This document shows, one piece after another, positions 27,901 to 44,500 of a stretch of DNA of 64,000 bases. The notes beneath the pieces were generated by a model. That model saw nothing but the letters and a program-made list of their open reading frames with translations. It made no database searches and was not told the DNA's origin. Origin of the DNA: Eledone cirrhosa. Its lineage: Eukaryota. The stretch lies in assembly GCA_964016885.1 (NCBI GenBank), contig OZ024743.1, positions 209,622,001 through 209,686,000 on the forward strand. The letters are read 5' to 3'. Numbering within the stretch: the stretch's first letter is position 1; the number at the start of each line of letters is the position of its first letter. Position numbers and translations under genes: made by a program.

Positions 27901-30280
27901 GCCAGATGAATTCTCTTCACTCTATAAGATATACCACAGTTTACAATCCTATAGTCACAGATGAAAGCTCTTCACTCCATAAGATATACCACAGTTTACC
28001 ATCCTATAGCCACAGAGGAAAGCTCTTCACTCCATAAGATATACCACTGTTTACCATCCTATAGCCACACATGAAAGCTCTTCACTCCATAAGATATACC
28101 ACAGTTTACCATCCTATAGCCACACATGAAGGCTATTCACTCCATAAGATATACCACTGTTTACCATCCTATGGCCACACATGAAAGCTTTTCACTCCAT
28201 AAGATATACCATAGTTTACCATCCTATAGCCACACATGAAAGCTCTTCACCCCATAAGATATACCACAGTTTACCATCCTATAGCCACACATGAAAGCTC
28301 TTCACCCCATAAGATATACCACAGTTTACCATCCTATAGCCACACATGAGAGCTCTTCACTCCATAAGATATACCACAGTTTACCATCCTATAGCCAGAG
28401 ATGAAAGCTGTTCACTCCATAAGATATACCACAGTTTACCATCCTATAGTCACAGATGAAAGCTCTTCACTCCATAAGATATACCACAGTTTACCATCCT
28501 ATAGCCACAGATGAAAGCTGTTCACTCCATAAGATATACCACAGTTTACCATCCTATAGGCACACATGAAAGCTCTTCACTCCATAAGTTATACCACAGT
28601 TTACCATCCTATAGCCACACATGAAAGCTCTTCACTCCATAAGATATACCACAGTTTACCATCCTATAGCCACAGATGAAAGCTCTTCACCCCATAGGAT
28701 ATACCACAGTTTACCATCCTATAGCCACACATGAAAGCTCTTCACCCCATAAGATATACCACAGTTTACCATCCTATAGCCAGATGAATGCTCTTCACTC
28801 CATAAGATATACGACAGTTTACCATCCTATAGCCACACATGAAAGCTCTTCACTCCATAAGATATACCTCAGTTTACTATCTTATAGCCACAGATGAAAG
28901 ATGTTCACTCCATAAGATATACCACAGTTTACCATCCTATAGCCAGATGAAAGCTCTTCACTCCATAAGATATACCACAGTATACCATCCTATAGCCACA
29001 AATGAAATCTCTTCACTCCATGAGATATACCTCAGTTTACCATCCTATAGCCACAGATGAAAGCTCTTCACTCCATAAGATATACCACAGTTTACCATCC
29101 TATAGCCACACATGAGAGCTTTTCACTCCATAAGATATACCACAGTTTACCATCCTATGGCCACACATGAAAGCTCTTCACCCCATAAGATATACCACAG
29201 TTTACCATCCTATAGCCAGATGAAAGCTCTTCACTCCGTAAAATATACCACAGTTTACCATCCTATAGCCACACATGAAAGCTCTTCACTCCATAAGATA
29301 TACCACAGTTTACCATCCTATAGCCACACATGAGAGCTCTTCACTCCATAAGATATACCACTGTTTACCATCCTATGGCCACACATGAAAGCTCTTCACT
29401 CCATAAGATATACCACAGTTTACCATCCGATAGCCAGATGAAAGCTCTTCACTCCATAAAATATACCACAGTTTACCACCCTATAGCCACAGATGAAAGC
29501 TCTTCACTCCATGAGATATACCACAGTTCACCATCCTATAGCCACGCCACGGATGAAAGCTCTTCACTCTATAAGATATACCACAGTTTACAATCCTATA
29601 GCCAGAGATGAAAGCTCTTCACTCCATAAGATATACCACAGTTTACCATCCTATGGCCACAGATGAAAGCTCTTCACTCCATAAGATATACCACAGTTTA
29701 CCATCCTATAGCCACACATGAAAGCTCTTCACTCCATAAGATATACCACAGTTTACCATCCTATAGCCAGATGAAAGCTCTTCACTCCATGAGATATACC
29801 ACAGTTTACCATCCTATAGCCACAGATGAAAGCTGTTCACTCCATAAGATATACCACAGTTAACCATCCTATAGCCGGATGAAAGCTCTTCACGCCATAA
29901 GATATACCACAGTTTACCATCCTATAGCCACAGATGAAAGCTCTTCACTCCATAAGATATACCACAGTTTACCATCCTATAGCTACAGATGAAAGCTCTT
30001 AACTCCATAAGATATACCACAGTTTACCATCCTATAGCCACAGATGAAAGCTCTTCACTCCATAAGATATACCACAGTTTACCATCCTATAGCCACAGAT
30101 GAAAGCTGTTCACTCCATAAGATATACCACAGTTTACCATCCTATAGGCACACATGAAAGCTCTTCACTCCATAAGTTATACCACAGTTTTCCATCCTAT
30201 AGCCACTCATGAAAGCTCTTCACTCCATAAGATATATCACAGTTTACCATCCTATAGCCACAGATGAATGCTCTTCACCC
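24540..30280 (+). repeat. Higher-order tandem duplication, about 2.8-3.0 kb unit
   Basis: Offsets are 2971 (24542/27513, 24827/27798), 2806 (26033/28839, 26524/29330, 26857/29663) and 2751 (ATATATCAC at 27481/30232). The steps equal 3 and 1 monomers. Confidence 0.93.
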
Positions 30281-30399
30281 CATAGGATATACCACAGTTT
30301 ACCATCCTATAGCCACACATGAAAGCTCTTCACCCCATAAGATATACCATAGTTTACCATCCTATAGCCACACATGAAAGCTCTTCACCCCATAAGATA

Positions 30400-33300
30400 T
30401 ACCACTGTTTACCATCCTATAGCCACACATGAAAGCTCTTCACTCCATAAGATATACCACAGTTTACCATCCTATAGCCACACATGAAAGCTCTTCACTC
30501 CATGAGATATCCCACAGTTTACCATCCTATAGCCACAGATGAAATCTCTTCACCCCATAAGATATACCACAGTTTACCATCCTATAGCCACACATGAAAG
30601 CTCTACACTCCATAAGATATACCACAGTTTACCATCCTATGGCCACACATGAAAGCTCTTCACTCCATAAGATATACCACAGTTTACCATCCTATAGCCA
30701 CACATGAAAGCTCTTCACTCCATAAGATATACCACAGTTTACCATGCTATAGCCACAGATGAAAGCTGTTCACTCCATAAGATATACCACAGTTTACCAT
30801 CCTATAGCCACACATGAAAGCTCTTCACTCCATAAGATATACCACAGTTTACCATCCTATAGCCACAGATGAAAGCTCTTCACCCCATAAGATATACCAC
30901 AGTTTACCATCCTATAGCCACACATGAAAGCTCTTCACTCCATAAGATATACCACAGTTTACCATCCTATAGCCACACATGAAAGCTCTTCACTCCATAA
31001 GATATACCACAGTTTACCATCCTATAGCCACACATGAAATCTCTTCACTCCATGAGATATACCTCAGTTCACCATCTTATAGCCAGATGAAAGCTCTTCA
31101 CTCCATAAGATATACGACAGTTTACCATCCTATAGCCACACATGAAATCTCTTCACTCCATGAGATATACCTCAGTTTACCATCCTATAGCCACACATGA
31201 AAGCTCTTCACTCCATAAGATATACCACAGTTTACCATCCTATAGCCACACATGAAAGCTCTTCACGCCATAAGATATACCTCAGTTTACGATCCTATAG
31301 CCACAGATGAAAGCTCTTCACTCCATAAGATATACCACAGTTTACTATCCTATAGCCACACATGAGAGCTTTTCACTCCATAAGATATACCACAGTTCAC
31401 CATCCTATGGCCACACACGAAAGCTCTTCACCCCATAAAATATACCACAGTTTACCATCCTTTAGCCAGATGAAAGCTCTTCACTCCGTAAAATATACCA
31501 CAGTTTACCATCCTATAGCCACACATGAAAGCTCTTCACTCCATAAGATATACCACAGTTTACCATCCTATAGCCACACATGAAAGCTCTTCACTCCATG
31601 AGATATACCACAGTTTACCATACTATAGCCACACATGAAAGCTCTTCACACCATAAGATATACCACAGTTTACCATCCTATAGCCACACATGAGAGCTCT
31701 TCACTCCATAAGATATACCACAGTTTACCATCCTATAGCCAGATGAAAGCTCTTCACTCCATAAAATATACCACAGTTTATCATCTTATAGCCACAGATG
31801 AAAGCTCTTCACTCCATAAGATATACCACAGTTTACCATCCTATAGCCAGATGAAAGCTCTTCACTCCATAAGATATACCACAGTTTACCACCCTATAGC
31901 CACAGATGAAAGCTCTTCACTCCATGAGATATACCACAGTTTACCATCCTATAGCCACGCCACGGAAGAAAGCTCTTCACTCCATAAGATATACCACAGT
32001 TTACAATCCTATAGCCAGAGATGAAAGCTCTTCACTACATGAGATATACCACAGTTTACCATCCTATAGCCACAGATGAATGCTCTTCACTCCATGAGAT
32101 ATACCACAGTTTACCATACTATAGCCACACATGAAAGCTCTTCACTCCATAAGATATACCACAGTTTACCATCCTATAGCCACAGATGAAAGCTCTTCAC
32201 CCCATAAGATATACCACAGTTTACCATCCTATTGCCACACATGAAAGCTCTTCACTCCATAAGAGATACCACAGTTTACCATCCTATAGCCACAGATGAA
32301 AGCTCTTCACCCCATAAGATATACCACAGTTTACCATCCTATAGCCACACATGAAAGCTCTTCACTCCATAAGATATACCACAGTTTACCATCCTATAGC
32401 CACACATGAAAGCTCTTCACTCCATAAGATATACCACTGTTTACCATCCTATAGCCACACATGAAAGCTCTTCACTCCATAAGATATACCACAGTTTACC
32501 ATCCTATAGCCACACATGAAAGCTCTTCACTCCATGAGATATCCCACAGTTTACCATCCTATAGCCACAGATGAAATCTCTTCACCCCATAAGATATACC
32601 ACAGTTTACCATCCTATAGCCACACATGAAAGCTCTACACTCCATAAGATATACCACAGTTTACCATCCTATAGCCACAGATGAAAGCTCTTCACTCCAT
32701 AAGATATACCACAGTTTACCATCCTATAGCCACACATGAAAGCTCTTCACTCCATAAGATATACCACAGTTTACCATGCTATAGCCACAGATGAAAGCTG
32801 TTCACTCCATAAGATATACCACAGTTTACCATCCTATAGCCACAGATGAAAGCTCTTCACCCCATAAGATATACCACAGTTTACCATCCTATAGCCACAC
32901 ATGAAAGCTCTTCACTCCATAAGATATACCACAGTTTACCATCCTATAGCCACACATGAAAGCTCTTCACTCCATAAGATATACCACAGTTTACCATCCT
33001 ATAGCCACACATGAAATCTCTTCACTCCATGAGATATACCTCAGTTCACCATCTTATAGCCAGATGAAAGCTCTTCACTCCATAAGATATACGACAGTTT
33101 ACCATCCTATAGCCACACATGAAATCTCTTCACTCCATGAGATATACCTCAGTTTACCATCCTATAGCCACACATGAAAGCTCTTCACTCCATAAGATAT
33201 ACCACAGTTTACCATCCTATAGCCACACATGAAAGCTCTTCACGCCATAAGATATACCTCAGTTTACGATCCTATAGCCACAGATGAAAGCTCTTCACTC

Positions 33301-34600
33301 CATAAGATATACCACAGTTTACTATCCTATAGCCACACATGAGAGCTTTTCACTCCATAAGATATACCACAGTTCACCATCCTATGGCCACACACGAAAG
33401 CTCTTCACTCCATAAGATATACCACAGTTTACCATCCTATAGCCACACATGAAAACTCTTCACTCCATAAGATATACCACAGTTTACCATCCTTTAGCCA
33501 GATGAAAGCTCTTCACTCCGTAAAATATACCACAGTTTACCATCCTATAGCCACACATGAAAGCTCTTCACTCCATAAGATATACCACAGTTTACCATCC
33601 TATAGCCACACATGAAAGCTCTTCACTCCATGAGATATACCACAGTTTACCATACTATAGCCACACATGAAAGCTCTTCACACCATAAGATATACCACAG
33701 TTTACCATCCTATAGCCACACATGAGAGCTCTTCACTCCATAAGATATACCACAGTTTACCATCCTATAGCCAGATGAAAGCTCTTCACTCCATAAAATA
33801 TACCACAGTTTATCATCTTATAGCCACAGATGAAAGCTCTTCACTCCATAAGATATACCACAGTTTACCATCCTATAGCCAGATGAAAGCTCTTCACTCC
33901 ATAAGATATACCACAGTTTACCACCCTATAGCCACAGATGAAAGCTCTTCACTCCATGAGATATACCACAGTTTACCATCCTATAGCCACGCCACGGAAG
34001 AAAGCTCTTCACTCCATAAGATATACCACAGTTTACAATCCTATAGCCAGAGATGAAAGCTCTTCACTCCATGAGATATACCACAGTTTACCATCCTATA
34101 GCCACAGATGAATGCTCTTCACTCCATGAGATATACCACAGTTTACCATACTATAGCCACACATGAAAGCTCTTCACTCCATAAGATATACCACAGTTTA
34201 CCATCCTATAGCCACACATGAGAGCTCTTCACTCCATAAGATATACCACAGTTTACCATCCTATAGCCAGATGAAAGCTCTTCACTCCATAAAATATACC
34301 ACAGTTTACCATCCTATAGCCAGAGATGAAAGCTCTTCACTCCATAAGATATACCACAGTTTACCATCCTATAGCCAGATGAAAGCTCTTCACTCCATAA
34401 GATATACCACAGTTTACCACACTATAGCCACAGATGAAATCTCTTCACTCCATGAGATATACCACAGTTTACCATCCTATAGCCACGCCACGGAAGAAAG
34501 CTCTTCACTCCATAAGATATACCACAGTTTACAATCCTATAGCCAGAGATGAAAGCTCTTCACTCCATGAGATATACCACAGTTTACCATCCTATAGCCA
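30400..34600 (+). repeat. Higher-order duplication at about 2.0 kb spacing, plus a trailing duplication at 496-bp spacing
   Basis: Offsets are 2032, 1977 and 2032 (CCCACAG at 30511/32543; ORFs 30979/32956, 31635/33667). ORFs 33667/34163 differ by 496. Confidence 0.92.
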
Positions 34601-37600
34601 CAGATGAAAGCTCTTCACTCCATAAGATATACCACAGTTTACCATCCTATAGCCACAGATGAAAGCTCTTCACTCCATAAGATATACCACTGTTTACCAT
34701 CCTATAGCCACAGATGAAAGCTGTTCACTCCATAAGATATACCACAGTTTACCATCCTATAGCCACACATGAAAGCTCTTCACTCCATAAGATATACCAC
34801 AGTTTACCATCCTATAGCCACACATGAAAGCTCTTTACTCCATAAGATATCCCACAGTTTACCATCATATAGCCACACATGAAAGCTCTTCACTCCATAA
34901 GATATACCACAGTTTACCATCATATAGCCAGATGAAAGCTCTTCACTCCATAAGATATACCACAGTTTACCATCCTATAGCCACAGATGAAAGCTCTTCA
35001 CTCCACAAGATATACCACAGTTTACCATCCTATAGCCACAGATGAAAGCTGTTCACTCCATAAGATATACCACAGCTTACCATCCTATAGCCACAGATGA
35101 AAGCTCTTCACTCCATAAGATATACCACAGTTGACCATCCTATAGCCACAGATTAAAGCTGTTCACTCCATAAGATAAACCACAGTTTACCATCCTATAG
35201 CCACACATGAAAGCTCTTCACTCCATAAGATATACCACAGTTTACCATCCTATAGCCACACATGAAAGCTCTTCACTCCATAAGATATACCACAGTTTAC
35301 CATCCTATAGCCAGATGAAAGCTGTTCACTCCATAAGATATACGACAGTTTACCATCCTATAGCCACAGAAGAATGCTGTTCACTCCATAAGATATACCA
35401 CAGTTTACCATCCTATAGCCAGATGAAAGCTGTTCACTCCATAAGATATACCACAGTTTACCATCCTATAGCCAGATGAAAGCTCTTCACCCCATAAGAT
35501 ATACCACAGTTTACCATCCAATAGCCACACATGAAAGCTCTTCACTCCATCAGATATACCACAGTTTACCATCCTATAGCCACAGATGAAAGCTCTTCAC
35601 TCCATAAGATATACCACAGTTTACCATCCTATAGCCACACATGAAAGCTCTTCACTCCATAAGATATACCACAGTTTACCATGCTAGAGCCACAGATGAA
35701 AGCTGTTCACTCCATAAGATATACCACAGTTTACCATCCTATAGCCACACATGAAAGCTCTTCACTCCATAAGCTATACCACAGTTTACCATCCTATAGT
35801 CACAGATGAAAGCTCTTCACCCCATAAGATATACCACAGTTTACCATCCTATAGCCACACATGAAAGCTCTTCACTCCATAAGATATACCACAGTTTACC
35901 ATCCTATAGCCACACATGAAAGCTCTTCACTCCATAAGATATACCACAGTTTACCATCCTATAGCCACACATGAAATCTCTTCACTCCATGAGATATACC
36001 TCAGTTCACCATCTTATAGCCAGATGAAAGCTCTTCACTCCATAAGATATTCGACAGTTTACCATCCTATAGCCACACATCAAAGCTCTTCACTCCATAA
36101 GATATTCGACAGTTTACCATCCTATAGCCACACATGAAATCTCTTCACTCCATGAGATATACCTCAGTTTACCATCCTATAGCCACAGATGAAAGCTCTT
36201 CACTCCATAAGATATACCACAGTTTACCATCCTATAGCCACACATGAAAGCTCTCGACGCCATAAGATATACCTCAGTTTACGATCCTATAGCCACAGAT
36301 GAAAGCTCTTCACTCCATAAGATATACCACAGTTTACTATCCTATAGCCACACATGAGAGCTTTTCACTCCATAAGATATACCACAGTTCACCATCCTAT
36401 GGCCACACATGAAAGCTCTTCACCCCATAAGATATACCACAGTTTACCATCCTATAGCCAGATGAAAGCTCTTCACTCCGTAAAATATACCACAGTTTAC
36501 CATCCTATAGCCACGCCAAGGAAGAAAGCTCTTCACTCCATAAGATATACCACAGTTTACAATCCTATAGCCAGAGATGAAAGCTCTTCATTCCATGAGA
36601 TATACCACAGTTTACCATCCTATAGCCACAGATGAATGCTCTTCACTCCATGAGATATACCACAGTTTACCATCCTATAGCCAGATGAAAGCTCTTCACT
36701 CCATAAGATATACCACAGTTTACCAACCTATAGCCAGATGAAAGCTCTTCACTCCATAAGATATACGACAGTTTACCATCCTATAGCCACACATGAAAGT
36801 TCTTCAATCCATAAGATAAACCTCAGTTTACCATCCTATAGCCACAGATGAAAGCTCTTCACTCCATAAGATATACCACAGTTTACCATCCTATAGCCAC
36901 ACATGAAAGCTCTTCACGCCATAAGATATACCACTCTTTACCATCCTATGGCCACACATGAAAGCTCTTCACTCCATAAGATATACCACAGTTTACCATC
37001 CTATAGCCAGATTTAAGCTCTTCACTCCATAAAATATACCACAGTTTACCATCCTATAGCCACACATGAAAGCTCTTCATTCCATAAGATATACCACAGT
37101 TTACAATCCTATAGCCAGAGATGAAAGCTCTTCACTCCATAAGATATACCACAGTTTACCATCCTATAGCCACACATGAAATCTCTTCACTCCATGAGAT
37201 ATACCTCAGTTCACCATCTTATATCCAGATGAAAGCTCTTCACTCCATAAGATATACGACAGTTTACCATCCTATAGCCACACATGAAATCTCTTCACGC
37301 CATAAGATATACCTCAGTTTACGATCCTATAGCCACAGATGAAAGCTCTTCACTCCATAAGATATACCACAGTTTACTATCCTATAGCCACACATGAGAG
37401 CTTTTCACTCCATAAGATATACCACAGTTTACCATCCTATAGCCAGATGAAAGCTCTTCACTCCGTAAAATATACCACAGTTTACCATCCTATAGCCACA
37501 CATGAAAGCTCTTCACTCCATAAGATATACCACAGTTTACCATCCTATAGCCACACATGAGAGCTCTTCACTCCATAAGATATACCACAGTTTACCATCC

Positions 37601-38599
37601 TATAGCCACACATGAAAGCTCTTCACTCCATAAGATATACCACAGTTTACCATACTATAGCCACACATGAAAGCTCTTCACTCCATAAGATATACCACAG
37701 TTTACCATCCTATAGCCACACATGAGAGCTCTTCACTCCATAAGATATACCACAGTTTACCATCCTATAGCCAGATGAAAGCTCTTCACTCCATAAAATA
37801 TACCACATTTTACCATCCTATAGCCACAGATGAAAGCTCTTCACTCCATAAGATATACCACAGTTTACCATCCTATAGCCAGATGAAAGCTCTTCACTCT
37901 ATAAGATATACCACAGTTTACCACCCTATAGCCACAGATGAAAGCTCTTCACTCCATGAGATATACCACAGTTTATCATCCTATAGCCACGCCACGGAAG
38001 AAAGCTCTTCACTCCATAAGATATACCACAGTTTACAATCCTATAGCCAGAGATGAAAGCTCTTCACTCCATGAGATATACCACAGTTTACCATCCTATA
38101 GCCACAGATGAATGCTCTTCACTCCATGAGATATACCACAGTTTACCATCCTATAGCCACAGATGAAAGCTCTTCACTTCATAAGATATACCACAGTTTA
38201 CCATCCTATAGCCACACATGAAAGCTCTTCACTCCATAAGATATACCACAGTTTACCATCCTATAGCCACGCCACGGATGAAAGCTATTCACTCCATAAG
38301 ATATACCACAGTTTCCCATCCTATAGTCACACATGAAAGCTCTTCACTCCATAAGATATAACACAGTTTACCATCCTATAGCCACACATGAAAGGTCTTT
38401 ACTCCATAAGATATCCCACAGTTTACCATCATATAGCCACACATGAAATCTCTTCACTCCATAAGATATACCACAGTTTACCATCATATAGCCAGATGAA
38501 AGCTCTTCACTCCATAAGATATACCACAGTTTACCATCCTATAGCCACAGATGAAAGCTGTTCACTCCATACGATATACCACAGATTACCATCCTATAG

Positions 38600-41500
38600 C
38601 CACAGATGAAAGCTGTTCACTCCATAAGATATACGACAGTTTACCATCCTATAGCCAGATGAAAGCTGTTCACTCCATAAGATATACCACAGATTACCAT
38701 CCTATAGCCACAGATGAAAGCTGTTCACTCCATAAGATATACCACAGTTTACCATCCTATAGCCAGATGAAAGCTCTTCACTCCATCAGATATACCACAG
38801 TTTACCATCCTATAGCCACAGATGAAAGCTGTTCACTCCATAAGATATACCACAGTTTACCATCCTATAGCTAGATGAAAGCTCTTCACTCCATAAGATA
38901 TACCACAGTTTACCATCCTATAGCCAGAAGAAAGCTCGTCACTCCATAAGATATACCACAGTTTACCATCCTATAGCCACAGAAGAAAGCTCTTCACCCC
39001 ATAAGATATACCACAGTTTACCATCCTATAGCCACACATGAAAGCTCTTCACTCCATAAGATATACCACAGTTTACCATCCTATAGCCACATATGAAAGC
39101 TCTTAACCCCATAAGATATACCACAGTTTACCATCCTATAGCCACACATGAAAGCTCTTCACTCCATAAGATATACCACAGTTTACCATCCTATAGCCAC
39201 ACATGAAAGCTCTTCACTCCATAAGATATACCACAGTTTACCATCCTATAGCCACAGATGAAAGCTCTTCACCCCATAAGATATACCACAGTTTACCATC
39301 CTATAGCCACACATGAAAGCTCTTCACCCCATAAGATATACCACAGTTTACCATCCTATTGCCACACATGAAAGCTCTTCACTCCATAAGATATACCACA
39401 GTTTACCATCCTATAGCCACACATGAAAGCTCTTCACTCCATAAGATATACCACAGTTTAACATCCTATAGCCAGATGAAAGCTCTTCACTCCATAAGAT
39501 ATACGACAGTTTACCATCCTATAGCCACACATGAAAGCTCTTCAATCCATAAGATAAACCTCCGTTTACCATCCAATAGCCACAGATGAAAGCTCTTCAC
39601 TCCATAAGATATACCACAGTTTACCATCCTATAGCCACACATGAAAGCTCTTCACTCCATAAGATATACCACAGTTTACCATCCTATAGCCACACATGAA
39701 AGCTCTTCACTCCATAAGATATACCACAGTTTACCATCCTATGGCCACACATGAAAGCTCTTCACCCCATAAGATATACCACAGTTTACCATCCTATAGG
39801 CACACATGTAAGCTCTTCACTCCATAAGATATACCACAGTTTACCATCCTATAGCCACACATGAAAGCTCTTCACTCCATAAGATATACCACTCTTTACC
39901 ATCCTATGGCCACACATGAAAGCTCTTCACTCCATAAGATATACCACAGTTTACCATCCTATAGCCAGATGAAAGCTCTTCACTCCATAAAATATACCAC
40001 AGTTTACCATCCTATAGCCACACATGAAAGCTCTTCACTCCATAAGATATACCACAGTTTACCATGATATAGCCACAGATGAAAGCTCTTCAATCCATAA
40101 GATATACCACAGTTTACAATCCTATAGCCAGAGATGAAAGCTCTTCACTCCATGAGATATACCACAGTTTACCATCCTATAGCCACAGATGAATGCTCTT
40201 CACTCCATGAGATATACCACAGTTTACCATCCTATAGCCACAGATGAAAGCTCTTCACTCCATAAGATATACCACAGTTTACCATCCTATAGCCACGCCA
40301 CGGATGAAAGCTCTTCACTCCATCAGATATACCACAGTTTACCATCCTATAGCCACAGATGAAAGCTGTTCACTCCATAAGATATACCACAGTTTACCTT
40401 CCTATAGCTAGATGAAAGCTCTTCACTCCATAAGATATACCACAGTTTACCATCCTATAGCCAGATGAAAGCTCGTCACTCCATAAGATATACCACAGTT
40501 TACCATCCTATAGCCACACATGAAAGCTCTTCACTCCATAAGATATATCACAGTTTACCATCCTATAGCCACAGATGAAAGCTCTTAACCCCATAAGATA
40601 TACCACAGTTTACCATCCTATAGCCACACATGAAAGCTCTTCACTCCATAAGATATACCACAGTTTACCATCCTATAGCCACACATGAAAGCTCTTCACT
40701 CCATAAGATATACCACAGTTTACCATCCTATAGCCACAGATGAAAGCTCTTCACCCCATAAGATATACCACAGTTTACCATCCTATAGCCACACATGAAA
40801 GCTCTTCACCCCATAAGATATACCACAGTTTACCATCCTATTGCCACACATGAAATTTCTTCACTCGATAAGATATACCACAGTTTACCATCCTATAGCC
40901 ACACATGAAAGCTCTTCACTCCATAAGATATACCACAGTTTAACATCCTATAGCCAGATGAAAGCTCTTCACTCCATAAGATATACGACAGTTTACCATC
41001 CTATAGCCACACATGAAAGCTCTTCAATCCATAAGATAAACCTCCGTTTACCATCCAATAGCCACAGATGAAAGCTCTTCACTCCATAAGATATACCACA
41101 GTTTACCATCCTATAGCCACACATGAAAGCTCTTCACTCCATAAGATATACCACAGTTTACCATCCTATAGCCACACATGAAAGCTCTTCACTCCATAAG
41201 ATATACCACAGTTTACCATCCTATGGCGACAGATGAAAGCTCTTCACCCCATAAGATATACCACAGTTTACCATCCTATAGGCACACATGTAAGCTCTTC
41301 ACTCCATAAGATATACCACAGTTTACCATCCTATAGCCACACATGAAAGCTCTTCACTCCATAAGATATACCACTCTTTACCATCCTATGGCCACACATG
41401 AAAGCTCTTCACTCCATAAGATATACCACAGTTTACCATCCTATAGCCAGATGAAAGCTCTTCACTCCATAAAATATACCACAGTTTACCATACTATAGC

Positions 41501-44500
41501 CACACATGAAAGCGCTTCACTCCATAAGATATACCACAGTTTACCATGATATAGCCACAGATGAAAGCTCTTGACTCCATAAGATATACCACAGTTTACA
41601 ATCCTATAGCCAGAGATGAAAGCTCTTCACTCCATGAGATATACCACAGTTTACCATCCTATAGCCACAGATGAATGCTCTTCACTCCATGAGATATACC
41701 ACAGTTTACCATCCTATAGCCACAGATGAAAGCTCTTCACTCCATAAGATATACCACAGTTTACCATCCTATAGCCACAGATGAAAGCTGTTCACTCCAT
41801 AAGATATACCACAGTTTACCTTCCTATAGCTAGATGAAAGCTCTTCACTCCATAAGATATACCACAGTTTACTATCCTATAGCCAGATGAAAGCTCGTCA
41901 CCCCATAAGATATACCACAGTTTACCATCCTATAGCCACACATGAAAGCTCTTCACTCCATAAGATATATCACAGTTTATCATCCTATAGCCACAGATGA
42001 AAGCTCTTAACCCCATAAGATATACCACAGTTTACCATCCTATAGCCACACATGAAAGCTCTTCACTCCATAAGATATACCACAGTTTACCATCCTATAG
42101 CCACACATGAAAGCTCTTCACTCCATAAGATATACCACAGTTTACCATCCTATAGTCACAGATGAAAGCTCTTCACCCCATAAGATATACCACAGTTTAC
42201 CATCCTATAGCCACCCATGAAAGCTCTTCACCCCATAAGATATACCACAGTTTACCATCCTATTGCCACACATGAAATTTCTTCACTCGATAAGATATAC
42301 CACAGTTTACCATCCTATAGCCACACATGAAAGCTCTTCACTCCATAAGATATACCACAGTTTAACATCCTATAGCCAGATGAAAGCTCTTCACTCCATA
42401 AGATATACGACAGTTTACCATCCTATAGCCACACATGAAAGCTCTTCAATCCATAAGATAAACCTCCGTTTACCATCCAATAGCCACAGATGAAAGCTCT
42501 TCACTCCATAAGATATACCACAGTTTACCATCCTATAACCACACATGAAAGCTCTTCACTCCATAAGATATACCACAGTTTACCATCCTATAGCCACACA
42601 TGAAAGCTCTTCACTCCATAAGATATACCACAGTTTACCATCCTATGGCCACACATGAAAGCTCTTCACCCCATAAGATATACCACAGTTTACCATCCTA
42701 TAGCCACACATGTAAGCTCTTCACTCCATAAGATATACCACAGTTTACCATCCTATAGCCACACATGAAAGCTCTTCACTCCATAAAATATACCACAGTT
42801 TACCATCCTATAGCCACACATGAAAGCTCTTCACTCCATAAGATATACCACAGTTTACCATGCTATAGCCACAGATGAAAGCTCTTCACTCCATAAGATA
42901 TACCACAGTTTACAATCCTATAGCCAGAGATGAAAGATCTTCACTCCATGAGATATACCACAGTTTACCATCCTATAGCCACAGATGAATGCTCTTCACT
43001 CCATGAGATATACCACAGTTTACCATCCTATAGCCACAGATGAAAGCTCTTCACTCCATAAGATATACCACAGTTTACCATCCTATAGCCACGCCACGGA
43101 TGAAGCTATTCACTCCATAAGATATACCACAGTTTACCATCCTATAGTCACACATGAAAGCTCTTCACTCCATAAGATATAACACAGTTTACCATCCTAT
43201 AGCCAGATGAAAGCTCTTCACTCCATAAGATATACCACAGTTTACCATCCTATAGCCACAGATGAAAGCTCTTCACTCCATAAGATATACCACAGTTTAC
43301 CATCCTATAGCCAGATGAAAGCTCTTCACTCCATAAGATATACCACAGTTTACCACCCTATAGCCACAGATGAAAGCTCTTCACTCCATGAGATATACCA
43401 CAGTTTATCATCCTATAGCCACGCCACGGAAGAAAGCTCTTCACTCCATAAGATATACCACAGTTTACCATCATATAGCCACAGATGAAAGCTCTTCACT
43501 CCATAAGATATACCACTGTTTACCATCCTATAGCCACAGATGAAAGCTGTTCACTCCATAAGATATACGACAGTTTACCATCCTATAGCCACAGAAGAAA
43601 GCTGTTCACTCCATAAGATATACGACAGTTTACCATCCTATAGCCAGATGAAAGCTGTTCACTCCATAAGATATACCACAGATTACCATCCTATAGCCAC
43701 AGATGAAAGCTGTTCACTCCATAAGATATACCACAGTTTACCATCCTATAGCCAGATGAAAGCTCTTCACTCCATCAGATATACCACAGTTTACCATCCT
43801 ATAGCCACAGATGAAAGCTGTTCACTCCATAAGATATACCACAGTTTACCATCCTATAGCTAGATGAAAGCTCTTCACTCCATAAGATATACCACAGTTT
43901 ACCATCCTATAGCCAGAAGAAAGCTCGTCACTCCATAAGATATACCACAGTTTACCATCCTATAGCCACAGAAGAAAGCTCTTCACCCCATAAGATATAC
44001 CACAGTTTACCATCCTATAGCCACACATGAAAGCTCTTCACTCCATAAGATATACCACAGTTTACCATCCTATAGCCACATATGAAAGCTCTTAACCCCA
44101 TAAGATATACCACAGTTTACCATCCTATAGCCACACATGAAAGCTCTTCACTCCATAAGATATACCACAGTTTACCATCCTATAGCCACACATGAAAGCT
44201 CTTCACTCCATAAGATATACCACAGTTTACCATCCTATAGCCACAGATGAAAGCTCTTCACCCCATAAGATATACCACAGTTTACCATCCTATAGCCACA
44301 CATGAAAGCTCTTCACCCCATAAGATATACCACAGTTTACCATCCTATTGCCACACATGAAAGCTCTTCACTCCATAAGATATACCACAGTTTACCATCC
44401 TATAGCCACACATGAAAGCTCTTCACTCCATAAGATATACCACAGTTTAACATCCTATAGCCAGATGAAAGCTCTTCACTCCATAAGATATACGACAGTT

